Positions 45,471 to 55,570 of a stretch of 64,000 bases of DNA are shown here, piece after piece. Every line of letters begins with the position of its first letter. Position 1 is the first letter of the stretch. The position numbers and the translations under genes were made by a program. The notes beneath the pieces were generated by a model. That model did no database searches, had not been told where the DNA came from, and saw only the letters and a program-made list of their open reading frames with translations. This stretch comes from an uncultured Saprospiraceae bacterium. Lineage in GTDB: Bacteria; Bacteroidota; Bacteroidia; Chitinophagales; Saprospiraceae. Location: the NCBI GenBank assembly GCA_964525165.1, contig CAZGGG010000006.1:97-64096 (forward strand). The letters run 5' to 3'.

Positions 45471-47160
45471 TTATTTAGACTTGGCCAATCGGGCAATTTG
45501 TTTTTTCTTCTTAATAGCTCCCAGATATTTTCGCAATTCTACTCTTACTTTAGGTGCCAGTAGGATGACACCAATGATATTTGGAACCACCATGGCAAAG
45601 ATCATGGCATCCGAGAAGTCGATGACTGAGTCAAGTTTGATAGAGGCGCCGACAACTACGAAAAACACAAACAGAACTTTATATATCAAGTCTGAAGTTT
45701 TGTTTCTTCCGAAAAGGTACAGCCAGCCCTGCATACCGTAATAAGACCAGGATATCATCGTAGAAAAAGCAAAGAGAATCACCGCTACGGTCAATACCAC
45801 AGAGAAGTTCGGGATCACCGTGTCAAAGGCTGTAGACGTCAACTCAACTCCCTGAGTTACCGCAGAACCGTATTCAAAGAACCCACCGTTAATATTTGTA
45901 ATGATGATCACTAAGGCGGTCATGGTACAGATGATTACTGTATCAATGAAGGGTTCCAGTAAGGCAACCAGTCCTTCACTCACCGGGTATTTTGTGCGGA
46001 CCGCTGAGTGTGCAATAGCTGCTGAACCCACTCCGGCTTCATTTGAAAAGGCACCTCTTCGGATTCCCTGAATCAGCACCCCGATCAAACCTCCTGCGAT
46101 ACCTAAACCGGAAAACGCTCCTTCAAAAATCAATCCGAAGGCTTGAGGAATGAGAGAAAAGTTGGCTACTAAGATGATGATAGCCGCCAAAACATAGATT
46201 CCGGCCATAAAAGGAACCACCTTCTCTGTTACCGATGCAATTCTTTTGATACCACCAATAATAACAATTCCTACCAATACGGCCATGACAACACCAAAGA
46301 TGATGGCTCCCGTACTGCTCAGGTCAAACAATTCTACAAACTGCGCAGCTGCTTGATTGGCCTGAAACATATTTCCGCCTCCAAAGGAACCTCCAATCAC
46401 CATAATCGCGAAAATCACAGCTAAAATCTTACCTAAGCCAGCCAATCCCATTTCTTTTAGCCCCTTACTTAGGTAATACATAGGACCTCCGTATACGGTG
46501 CCGTCTTCTCCCACATCCCGGTATTTAACACCGAGCGTACATTCTGCAAATTTGGAGGACATTCCTAGGATTCCGGCTACAATCATCCAGAAGGTAGCTC
46601 CCGGCCCCCCAATCGATAGGGCAACGGCTACACCGGCAATATTTCCTAGTCCTACTGTCGCAGACAATGCCGCGGTCAAGGCTTGGAAGTGAGACACCTC
46701 ACCATCAGCTCCCTCATCTCGAATGGTTTCAGGAATATCGTCATCCGGAGTCAAGTCTCCGTACAAGTGATCGTGTTTTTCCTCTACTCGTTTTACTTCT
46801 TTTCGTAAAGTTTCAGGGATGTCATCATCCGGAGTTAGATCTGCATACAGATGATCCAAACCATGCTTTTCAATATCCTCGTATTTACCTCTGACTACAT
46901 TGATCGCGGTCTGGATTTGAGTGATATTGACAAAATTGAAATAAAAAGTGAAGTAGAGCGCGCCCCCAACTAATACAATCAGCACCCAGGGTAGTTTCTG
47001 TAAAGGGTATTTCCGCGAATATCGCACCCACAAACCATCCTGTGGCTTGTCCGAAGATATCATCAATTTTTTCAGCTAAACCTTTTTCCTGAGCCTCTTG
47101 GGCAAAAGATAAAAGAGGTAAGCATAATAAGCTTACAATAAGTGTCAAGCGTTGCTTCAT
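45471..47160 (-). CDS. Sodium:alanine (AGCS family) symporter; the main frame is 45471..47063 and the N-terminal leader (47160 to about 47000) is in a different frame
   Basis: VVRGKY....[26 protein letters not shown] and [14 protein letters not shown]. The upstream segment [22 protein letters not shown]...IFAEIPF reads in the other frame and abuts [19 protein letters not shown]. Confidence 0.85.
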
Positions 47161-47183
47161 CTGTGTGCTTTCTTTTCGATTCC

Positions 47184-47225
47184 GAAAAACAAAAGCCCAT
47201 GATACCAAATTTTTTTCATTGGGCT
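47184..47225 (-). terminator. Rho-independent terminator after the 47294..47920 gene
   Basis: On the minus strand, AGCCCAATGA ... TCATGGGCT forms a stem with one bulged A, followed by TTTTGTTTTT. Confidence 0.6.
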
Positions 47226-47293
47226 CAAATGAATCTGCTATTTTATTTGGCGTAAGCTCGGATTTTATGCAATTTCTTTTAACTCGGATCTTT

Positions 47294-47920
47294 TTAGGAT
47301 TCCAAGGCTCTAGCCAAAAGGACTAGCTTTTCTTCTAACTCAGCCGGACTTAAATTCAAACCTTCGTACATACCATCATTTCCTATTTGTCGAAAGAAAG
47401 TCAGGGTGTATCGAGCTTGATTCCCTTTGTGCATCATGAGCGTACTGTAATCCTGAGCGGAATAAATGTAAGCCTTGTCTCCAGCATTTACTTCTCTCAC
47501 AGGGACAGCCATTCCTTTATCTATACCTGCAGGTATCATAAAGGTTTCAGCAGCCAGGATATTGGCGATCGCTTCATTAAAGTTTGGAAAGCCATCCTTG
47601 CTTTTCATAAAGTCAAATTGGAAAATAAGGAGGTCATCATAACTCGAATCGTCGTTATCACCTAATAGATAAGCCGAACAAATTTGATTCCCCAAATCCT
47701 CTTTTCTGAATTCGATGGCATCAGCCGATTGACCATTTAAAGATGCAAATGTCTCCATATCTAATTGCTCGCAGGGATGCTGGTCGTTCGTTGGAGCAAC
47801 CAATTTTTGCTCAGTAGCCTGATCCTCTGCCGTGGAAACGGAAGAGGACTTTTCGGGAGCACCACATTAAAGAATGAAGATACTGAAAAGTAAAAGATGA
47901 ATATCGAATAATCGACGCAT
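47294..47920 (-). pseudogene. Lipoprotein gene of unknown function, interrupted by an in-frame TAA inside its lipobox
   Basis: The minus-strand reading from the ATG at 47920 is MRRLFDIHLLLFSIFIL*CGAPEKSSS... It continues in frame into the 169-aa ORF (47294..47803). Confidence 0.5.
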
Positions 47921-47940
47921 AACATGAGTGTTTATTTTCT

Positions 47941-49791
47941 TCAATAGATTTTATCTTTCAATTCATACAAATCTCCTCCTTTACGAAAATATTGATCTAC
48001 TTTCTGAGCTACTTTGCGATCTGCTACCAACTCGGGTGCATGATGGGGTTTTGTCCGTGCATCGATGATCAGGGGGCCTGAGCAGCCCCAGTGTTTGTGT
48101 TGCACAAAACTGCGGACACCATAGATATCTGTGGCTGGATTTGAACGTGTAAAAGTCACCCAAAGGAAATTGGAAAAATCTTCAGCCAGGAAGGACGCAT
48201 CGTCACAGACAATGATTAATGGACTTTCTTCTTGCCATACCTGCTGGTCTACATATTCAGCGAGTTTTCCGATTTCATCCTGTGCCCGATTGATCTCGGT
48301 GAATGCAGGGCCTGAAACAGCCAGAATACCCTTGTGGACCAAGTGAATTTTGTTGAATGGATCAGGAAGCGATAGTCCGGATGGTAATTCTTTGAGCAAC
48401 TTTCTCTTTGGTTGCTGGCTGCAAGCCGCAACAACCAACTTGGAACCGGCATTCCAACTATCTCCGCTATAATCCAGGGTGTCAATAGTCGTCTGTGTCT
48501 GAAAGTGAAGGTCTCTCGACCAGTCGACCCGCTCCAACATATGCGTAAAAAAAGCTTCTTTGTTCTGAGCATTTAAAGAAGGATCGTCATAATGATTGGC
48601 AATCCACAGATATTTGGCTAAGGAGGTTTGCCCTTTCCCCAACAGATGGTTGGCAATAGTGAGTATTTCTTCCGGCCGTTCTTCCCGGAAAGGCATATAG
48701 CGCTCACTTCCTACGGCTAATAAAAGAGGATGTACGCCAGACTCGTCCACTGCATTAATGCTGTGAATACCGGGAAACTCTTCTTTAGAAAGTTCGGAAA
48801 CGATTTCATGAATCAAATAGCCGAAATAGGAATCTTCTGCCGGAGGACGTCCTACCACAGTAAAATGCCAAATGGCATCAGGTCTGTGGTATACTTTGTC
48901 TACCAGCATATAAGGAAAGTCATGCATTAAAGAATAGTAGCCTAGGTGGTCGCCAAAGGGCCCTTCGGGCTTCTCTTTACCTTTTACGATGGTGCCGACA
49001 ATATTAAAATCAGCATCGTTACTGATCATGTATCCTTCAGATAGATGATAGCGATATCTCCTTTTATTCAACATACCTGAAAATGTCATTTCTGATAAGC
49101 CTTCCGGCAAAGGCATAATCGCCGAGAATGCAAAAGAAGGGGGACCACCTACGACTATATTCGCTCGGAAAGGTTCTTCAGATTGCAGGTAGGCTTTATG
49201 ATGCACACCGATTCCACGATGTAATTGGTAATGCATACCGATCTCCTGATTAGGCTCATAATCATTGCCACTGAGTTGAATCCGATACATACCAATATTT
49301 GATTGCATAGCGGATTGACCATTCGGAGGGAGGGTAAGTACCTGCGGAAGGGTGACAAAGGCGCCGCCATCCATCGGCCATGATTTAATTTGGGGGAGTT
49401 GATCAATGGTCGTAGTCTGTTGCGTGACAGGGGATGGCCATTTTTGCTTCTTGGGCAGCGCACTCAAAGCTGTAAAAGGAGCTTTGGCATATCGAACCGG
49501 ATGCTTGAAAAAGAGTTGAGGGTTGTTCTTTAACTCTGTAATACGTTTGACGGATTCCAGACTATCCCGAAAGAGAAAATGCGCTCGCTCTTTGGTACCA
49601 TAAAGGTTGGACAAAGCGGGAAAAGGGCTTCCTTTCACTTTCTTAAAAAGAAGCGCCGGACCTTTATATTCAAAAACTCTTCTGTGAATTTCAGCCATTT
49701 CAAGATTTGGATCCGTCTCAAAAGGAATCTCAAATAAATGGCCATTCTTTTTTAGATCAGCAGCACAAGCCGCAAGACTTCTGTATCCCAT
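47941..49791 (-). CDS. UbiD-family decarboxylase, long (about 616 aa) form, usually annotated as menaquinone biosynthesis decarboxylase
   Basis: The UbiD core can be followed in the translation (GPALLF..VKGS, MYR.Q......IGMHYQ.HRG, GPFGDHLGYYS). Confidence 0.85.
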   Translation of the reverse strand: MGYRSLAACAADLKKNGHLFEIPFETDPNLEMAEIHRRVFEYKGPALLFKKVKGSPFPALSNLYGTKERAHFLFRDSLESVKRITELKNNPQLFFKHPVRYAKAPFTALSALPKKQKWPSPVTQQTTTIDQLPQIKSWPMDGGAFVTLPQVLTLPPNGQSAMQSNIGMYRIQLSGNDYEPNQEIGMHYQLHRGIGVHHKAYLQSEEPFRANIVVGGPPSFAFSAIMPLPEGLSEMTFSGMLNKRRYRYHLSEGYMISNDADFNIVGTIVKGKEKPEGPFGDHLGYYSLMHDFPYMLVDKVYHRPDAIWHFTVVGRPPAEDSYFGYLIHEIVSELSKEEFPGIHSINAVDESGVHPLLLAVGSERYMPFREERPEEILTIANHLLGKGQTSLAKYLWIANHYDDPSLNAQNKEAFFTHMLERVDWSRDLHFQTQTTIDTLDYSGDSWNAGSKLVVAACSQQPKRKLLKELPSGLSLPDPFNKIHLVHKGILAVSGPAFTEINRAQDEIGKLAEYVDQQVWQEESPLIIVCDDASFLAEDFSNFLWVTFTRSNPATDIYGVRSFVQHKHWGCSGPLIIDARTKPHHAPELVADRKVAQKVDQYFRKGGDLYELKDKIY

Positions 49792-49900
49792 TTCTTTTAT
49801 TCAATCACTTACAAAACAAAGTTTGTAACAATGACAATTGTTGTTAGTTTTGTCTGAACAAATTTGAAAAAAACTTATATAATGTTTTCAAATATGTAAT

Positions 49901-50695
49901 ATGCAACAATATCACGATTTATTACAACATATTCTCGATCATGGCGTAGCCAAGGAAGACCGCACCGGCACCGGTACTTTGTCTGTCTTTGGCTATCAAA
50001 TGCGTTTTGACTTGCAGGAGGGTTTTCCCATGGTCACGACCAAAAAACTGCATTTAAAAAGTATCATCCATGAACTTCTCTGGTTCTTGAAAGGAGATAC
50101 GAATGTAAAATACCTGCAGGAAAATGGAGTCCGCATTTGGAATGAATGGGCAGATGAGAACGGAGAATTAGGGCCTATTTATGGAAAGCAATGGCGCTCC
50201 TGGACCCGACCCAATGGTCAGACTGTGGATCAAATTGAGCGTGCAGTCCATCTATTGAAGACCAATCCTGATTCCAGAAGGATCATCGTCAATGCCTGGA
50301 ATGCCGGAGAACTCGAGGAAATGTCGTTGACTCCCTGTCACGCTCTCTTCCAGTTTTACGTAGTGGAAGGTAAATTGTCTTGTCAACTCTATCAGCGTTC
50401 TGCAGATGTCTTTCTGGGTGTACCCTTTAATATAGCCTCTTATGCGCTGTTGACTATGATGATGGCTCAAGTGTGCGAGCTCGAGTTGGGTTCTTTTATC
50501 CATACCTTCGGGGATGTTCACCTATACAATAATCATTTGGAGCAAGCGAACTTGCAATTATCCAGAACGCCCAGACCGCTTCCGCAAATGAAAATTCGGC
50601 CGGATGTCAAGGATATAGACGGGTTCATATATGAAGATTTTACTTTGTTGAATTACGACCCTTATCCACATATTAAAGCTAAAGTCGCTGTTTAA
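49901..50695 (+). CDS. thyA: Thymidylate synthase
   Basis: 264 aa. [33 protein letters not shown], the catalytic Cys in [12 protein letters not shown], and the C-terminus AKVAV. Confidence 0.97.
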   Translation: MQQYHDLLQHILDHGVAKEDRTGTGTLSVFGYQMRFDLQEGFPMVTTKKLHLKSIIHELLWFLKGDTNVKYLQENGVRIWNEWADENGELGPIYGKQWRSWTRPNGQTVDQIERAVHLLKTNPDSRRIIVNAWNAGELEEMSLTPCHALFQFYVVEGKLSCQLYQRSADVFLGVPFNIASYALLTMMMAQVCELELGSFIHTFGDVHLYNNHLEQANLQLSRTPRPLPQMKIRPDVKDIDGFIYEDFTLLNYDPYPHIKAKVAV

Positions 50696-50771
50696 ATGGG
50701 TAGCTTATTTATACAAAATCTAAATAGTAACCAATTGAAGGCAGATATTCTTAAAAGATGCAGCCAGATAC

Positions 50772-50779
50772 TATTTTTG
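50772..50779 (+). promoter_or_regulatory. Candidate -7 promoter box (TATTTTTG matches TAnnTTTG) for the act-cox cluster
   Basis: Exact consensus match about 62 nt upstream of the first possible start at 50842. Confidence 0.3.
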
Positions 50780-50841
50780 CATGACCGAGAAATGACAAAT
50801 ACTCGGTATATAGTCACCAATTTGAAATCATTGGAAGTCAT

Positions 50842-52293
50842 ATGAGATTGAAATACATGAATATAGGTAGGATGGCGAAGTTCAGTTCAGTACTAGTATT
50901 TCTGTTCTTCTCTGTTGGAATTTTTGCTCAGGACGCAGCACCTGTAGGTGATCCTGCAGCCGGAGAAGGTCTTTTTAAGAACAATTGTGCCTCATGTCAC
51001 AACAAAAACATGAGGGATGATTTAACGGGGCCTGCATTAGGCGGCACGGAAGAGCGATGGGCAGATTATCCCAGAGAGGAATTGTACGCTTGGATTCGCA
51101 ACTCACAAAAAATGATCAATGAAGGTCACCCCAGAGCCGTAGAGCTTTGGGACGAGTGGAAGCCCACGGTAATGACCAATTTTACTCAGCTTACAGATCA
51201 ACAAATCGAAGATATCCTCGCCTACATTAAAGGTAAGTACGAGGGAACCTTTGGTGCGCCGGCAGTTGCAGAAGTAGCTGCAGCAACAGATGATGGTGCC
51301 GGAGATGAAAGCGATAATACACTCATGTTTGCCTCTCTGGCGATTATACTAGTCGTGCTGGCCTTGATTCTGATGAGAATCGTTGGAGTATTGAATAGTA
51401 TTGCAGCCGCAAAAGAGTCAGGTGAGCAGGTTGACCAACCTACAATTTGGGACCTTTTAAGTTCTAAAACCGTGGTGTCCTTAGTCCTATTTGCTTTAGT
51501 AGTATTTGGTGGCTATACGACAGTGAATAATGCTATTTCACTGGGACGCCAGCAAGGCTATGCTCCGGAGCAGCCGATTAAATTTTCACATGAAACACAT
51601 GCGGGTTTGCATCAGATTGATTGTCAATATTGTCATGATGGTGCTCGCAGGAGTAAGCACTCTGTGATACCCGCAGCTAATACTTGTATGAACTGTCACA
51701 GAGCCATTAAAGTCGGTTCTCAATACGGTACACAAGAGCTTACTAAAATCTATGCTTCTATAGGTTACAATCCATCTACAGATACGTATGTCGGGGGGTA
51801 TGACTCCTTGAGCAATGAGGAGATTAAGAATATCTACATGAAGTGGTTGACTGATGAGTATGTCAAGGCTGAAGACATGGATGTTATTGATGAGAAAGGC
51901 TCTCAGGAAGTGGAAGATCAGTGGAATGCAATTGTAGCTTCTTTAACAAACGATCAGAAGAAATCTGTTGCAGGACCTATTGAGTGGGTACGTGTCCATA
52001 ATTTGCCGGATCATGTTTACTTCAACCACGCCCAGCACGTTACAGCCGGACAAGTGGAGTGCCAGCAGTGCCATGGCAAAGTGGAGGAAATGGAAGTATT
52101 AGCTCAATACGCACCGCTCTCAATGGGATGGTGTATCAACTGTCACAGAGAGTCTGAAGTAAAAGGCTTTGATGATAACCCTTACTATCATCAGGAATAC
52201 ATGAAGTATCATGAAGAGTTAAATAATGGTGATCGTGAAAAAGTAACGGTAGAGGACATTGGAGGTTTGGAATGTCAAAAGTGTCACTACTAA
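50842..52293 (+). CDS. actA: Alternative complex III subunit ActA: multiheme cytochrome c with an extra N-terminal monoheme domain
   Basis: Six CxxCH motifs (CASCH, CQYCH, CMNCH, CQQCH, CINCH, CQKCH), a signal peptide and an internal TM helix. It is the first gene of an act-like cluster. The start could also be 50857 or 50872. Confidence 0.88.
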   Translation: MRLKYMNIGRMAKFSSVLVFLFFSVGIFAQDAAPVGDPAAGEGLFKNNCASCHNKNMRDDLTGPALGGTEERWADYPREELYAWIRNSQKMINEGHPRAVELWDEWKPTVMTNFTQLTDQQIEDILAYIKGKYEGTFGAPAVAEVAAATDDGAGDESDNTLMFASLAIILVVLALILMRIVGVLNSIAAAKESGEQVDQPTIWDLLSSKTVVSLVLFALVVFGGYTTVNNAISLGRQQGYAPEQPIKFSHETHAGLHQIDCQYCHDGARRSKHSVIPAANTCMNCHRAIKVGSQYGTQELTKIYASIGYNPSTDTYVGGYDSLSNEEIKNIYMKWLTDEYVKAEDMDVIDEKGSQEVEDQWNAIVASLTNDQKKSVAGPIEWVRVHNLPDHVYFNHAQHVTAGQVECQQCHGKVEEMEVLAQYAPLSMGWCINCHRESEVKGFDDNPYYHQEYMKYHEELNNGDREKVTVEDIGGLECQKCHY

Positions 52294-52326
52294 GAATTAA
52301 TTAGGAAATCTTCAATTCAAGATATA

Positions 52327-55300
52327 ATGAAGGATAATCAGACAATTTGGTTGGGTAAAGATGATCTGACAGGCAAAAAAGACTTGTTGGAGCAATCAAA
52401 ACAAGAGTTCTACGAGCTTCCTGTGCTTAATGAGCTGTCCACTGAAGAAGAGGATAGCCAACTCGGTACTTCCAATCGAAGAGACTTTTTAAAGTATTTA
52501 GGATTTGGTGTCGGAGCTGCAGCCATTGCTGCGAGTTGTGAAACTCCAGTGAGAAGAGCCATACCTTATGTCAATAAACCGGATGCGATTGTTCCCGGAG
52601 TTGCTAATTTCTATGCCAGCTCCTTTGTAAACGGAAAAGATTTCGTTCCCATTTTGGTGAAGACCCGAGAGGGAAGGCCTATTAAAATTGAAGGAAATCC
52701 TCAATCGCCTTTGACGCACGGTGGAACGAGCGCCAGAGCTCAGGCAATGGTTTTGGAGTTGTATGATTCAACGCGCGTGAAACACGCTGGTAAGATCAAC
52801 GATGATACCACTGTCGATCAAATGGATTGGGAAGCATTAGATGCGACCATTCAAAATGCATTGTCTGCAGGGTCGAATATCAGAATTTTGACTCCTTCCA
52901 ACTACAGTCCTTCATTTGCGGAAGCGGTGAAAGCATTCAAAGCAAAATACCCGAATACCGAAGTGGTCACTTATGATGCACATTCGAATTCGGCTATGCT
53001 CCTGGCAAACCAAAATCAATTCGGCACCAAAGGAATCCCCTCGTATCACTTTGATAAAGCAGAAGTCATTGTAAACTTCAATGCAGACTTCTTGGGTACT
53101 TGGATTGCTCCGGTTCAGTTTGCACACCAATGGGCAAAGAACAGAAAAATCAAAGATGCTCATCATGCGCATATGTCACGCATGATTGCATTTGAATCAC
53201 ATATGACACTGACCGGATCCAATGCGGATAGCAGGGTAGTGATCAGACCTTCTGAGTTGGGATTATCGATTGCGAAAGTTCACAACGAAGTTGCGAAAGC
53301 GATGGGTGGCACTCAGGTTTCCGTTTCCGGAAATCTGTCAGATAAAGGTGAGGCGGCTGTAAAAGCAGCTGCAAAAGATCTCATCGAAGCAGCCAGAGCC
53401 GGAAAGCACACTTTAGTAGTGAGCGGATCCAATAATACTGCAGAGCAAATGTTGGTCAATAATCTGAATATGATGTTGGGCAACTACGGTCACTCTATTG
53501 ACTGGAACAGACAAATCCATACATCTCAGACAGTTGACAAAGATATAGATACATTATATGACGAATTGAAGGCAAGTCAAATCGATGCTTTATTTGTCAT
53601 GAATGGTGCCAATCCTGTATACAGTCATGCGAAAGGTCAAGAGTGGGCTGATCTTATCAAGAATGTGAAGCTCTCGGTAAATATGAGCTATCTACCGGAT
53701 GAAACATTCGTGAATTGTCAGTTTGCTGCTCCTGTACATCATGGCTTGGAAAGCTGGGGAGATGCAGAACCTGTTTCAGGATACTACAGCTTGATTCAGC
53801 CTACGATTGCTCCATTATTTGATACACGCCAGGCAGAAGCTTCATTGTTAACCTGGGGAGAACACGCCATGACAAAAGAATCATCAGAAGATGATCTTAG
53901 CTACAGATTTGTGAAAGCCAATTGGGAGCAAATGATATTCCCTAAGCAATCTGACTTTATGAGTTTCAGATCTTTTTGGGATAGCAGCTTGCATGATGGT
54001 TTTGTAATGGTAGATCAATCTAATGAAGGCTCCTTTACAGCTAATCTTTCAGGTGCAGGATCACGTATAAGTAAAGCTTCAAATGCTGCTGTTCAACTAG
54101 CTGTATTTGAGACAGTTAACCTGGGTGCGGGTCAGTACGCCAACAACCCTTGGTTACAAGAAATGCCCGATCCTTTAGTAAGAACCGTTTGGGATAACTG
54201 TCTGACTATTCCCGTTCAGTGGGATGGAGGAAACTCCATTGATGGTTGGAAAGGACTTGAGAATGGAGATTTGGTAGAGTTGAAAGCAGGAGACCGAAAT
54301 ATATCGGTCACTGTAGTCCAGCAGTTTGGCCAGAAGGAAGGAACCGTTTCTTTGGCATTGGGTTATGGAAGATCTGTATGTGGAAGGGCAGGAGCGTCTG
54401 TAGGACATAATATCTATCCTTCTTTGATGAAAGATGAGGATGGAAACGTACAATACTACTTAGATGCTGAAGTGAGTGACAAAGTAGGGGTGGATGATAC
54501 CTTTGCTTCCGTTCAATATCACCACACCTTTGGAGTCAAAGATGAAGATCCGGAGACCGGTGAAACCATCAATGTGGATGAGAAGACGTTAGTAACACTC
54601 TCTGAAGGATTCCAAGGTTCATTGGTGAAAAGATCAATCATTCGTCATGCAGATCTTAGCCAGTTAGAAGATGCCGTGCACGATTTAGAGCATGAGCGAG
54701 AGCACCATCAGCATCTCAACGAGCAAACACTTTACCCTGGATTTTCTGAGCTATATGATCAAGGCCATAAGTGGGAAATGAGTATTGACCTCTCAGCTTG
54801 TATTGGCTGTGGAGCTTGTCAGGTAGCTTGTGTTTCTGAAAATAATGTCCCTGTTGTAGGGAAAAATGAGGTGCGTCGACACCATGAAATGACTTGGTTG
54901 CGCATTGACAGGTACTTCTACGGAGACTTTGAGAATCCGAACACAGTATACCAACCGATGATGTGCCAGCATTGTGACAATGCACCTTGCGAGAACGTTT
55001 GTCCGGTTTCTGCAACCAACCACAGTAGTGAAGGTCTGAACCAGATGACTTACAACAGATGTATCGGGACGAGATATTGTGCCAACAACTGTCCTTACAA
55101 AGTAAGAAGGTTCAACTGGTTAGATTATACAACTGCTGATATGTTCGGTATCAACGAAAACCACCCTATGGGTAGTGATAATGAGCCGTTCTATGCAGAC
55201 AATCTGACAAGAATGGTATTGAACCCTGACGTAACCGTTCGGTCAAGAGGCGTCATCGAAAAATGTAGTTTCTGTGTACAACGAATTCAGGAAGGTAAGT

Positions 55301-55542
55301 TGAGAGCTAAAACAGAAATGCGAGCATTACAATCCAGCGATGTAGTTACTGCTTGTGCTTCAGCTTGTCCAACCGGAGCCATTACGTTTGGTGACGTCAA
55401 TGATAAATCTTCAGAGGTGTATGCCAATAAGGAAAATCCTCTGAACTACTACGTATTAGAAGAAGTGAATACTCAATCATCTGTGGGATACCACATGAAG
55501 GTTGTGAATCGAAATGCAGAGATCAGCGAGATTGAAGCTTAA
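52327..55542 (+). CDS. actB: Alternative complex III subunit ActB (molybdopterin-oxidoreductase-like domain fused to a 4-cluster ferredoxin-like domain)
   Basis: 1071 aa. Tat-like motif SNRRDFLKYLGFG. The C-terminal part has Cys clusters CIGCGACQVAC, CQHCDNAPCENVCP, CIGTRYCANNCPYKVRRFN and CSFC...CASACPTGAI. Confidence 0.92.
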   Translation: MKDNQTIWLGKDDLTGKKDLLEQSKQEFYELPVLNELSTEEEDSQLGTSNRRDFLKYLGFGVGAAAIAASCETPVRRAIPYVNKPDAIVPGVANFYASSFVNGKDFVPILVKTREGRPIKIEGNPQSPLTHGGTSARAQAMVLELYDSTRVKHAGKINDDTTVDQMDWEALDATIQNALSAGSNIRILTPSNYSPSFAEAVKAFKAKYPNTEVVTYDAHSNSAMLLANQNQFGTKGIPSYHFDKAEVIVNFNADFLGTWIAPVQFAHQWAKNRKIKDAHHAHMSRMIAFESHMTLTGSNADSRVVIRPSELGLSIAKVHNEVAKAMGGTQVSVSGNLSDKGEAAVKAAAKDLIEAARAGKHTLVVSGSNNTAEQMLVNNLNMMLGNYGHSIDWNRQIHTSQTVDKDIDTLYDELKASQIDALFVMNGANPVYSHAKGQEWADLIKNVKLSVNMSYLPDETFVNCQFAAPVHHGLESWGDAEPVSGYYSLIQPTIAPLFDTRQAEASLLTWGEHAMTKESSEDDLSYRFVKANWEQMIFPKQSDFMSFRSFWDSSLHDGFVMVDQSNEGSFTANLSGAGSRISKASNAAVQLAVFETVNLGAGQYANNPWLQEMPDPLVRTVWDNCLTIPVQWDGGNSIDGWKGLENGDLVELKAGDRNISVTVVQQFGQKEGTVSLALGYGRSVCGRAGASVGHNIYPSLMKDEDGNVQYYLDAEVSDKVGVDDTFASVQYHHTFGVKDEDPETGETINVDEKTLVTLSEGFQGSLVKRSIIRHADLSQLEDAVHDLEHEREHHQHLNEQTLYPGFSELYDQGHKWEMSIDLSACIGCGACQVACVSENNVPVVGKNEVRRHHEMTWLRIDRYFYGDFENPNTVYQPMMCQHCDNAPCENVCPVSATNHSSEGLNQMTYNRCIGTRYCANNCPYKVRRFNWLDYTTADMFGINENHPMGSDNEPFYADNLTRMVLNPDVTVRSRGVIEKCSFCVQRIQEGKLRAKTEMRALQSSDVVTACASACPTGAITFGDVNDKSSEVYANKENPLNYYVLEEVNTQSSVGYHMKVVNRNAEISEIEA

Positions 55543-55570
55543 ATCTTAGGATAAAAAGAATTCATACTGA

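Noticed and set aside
46885-47208. 107-aa ORF as an independent gene
   Set aside because: Its first ~55 residues look like the natural leader of the downstream AGCS symporter. The remainder is an out-of-frame reading of transporter helix 1. It is better explained as the frameshifted 5' part of that gene (see findings).
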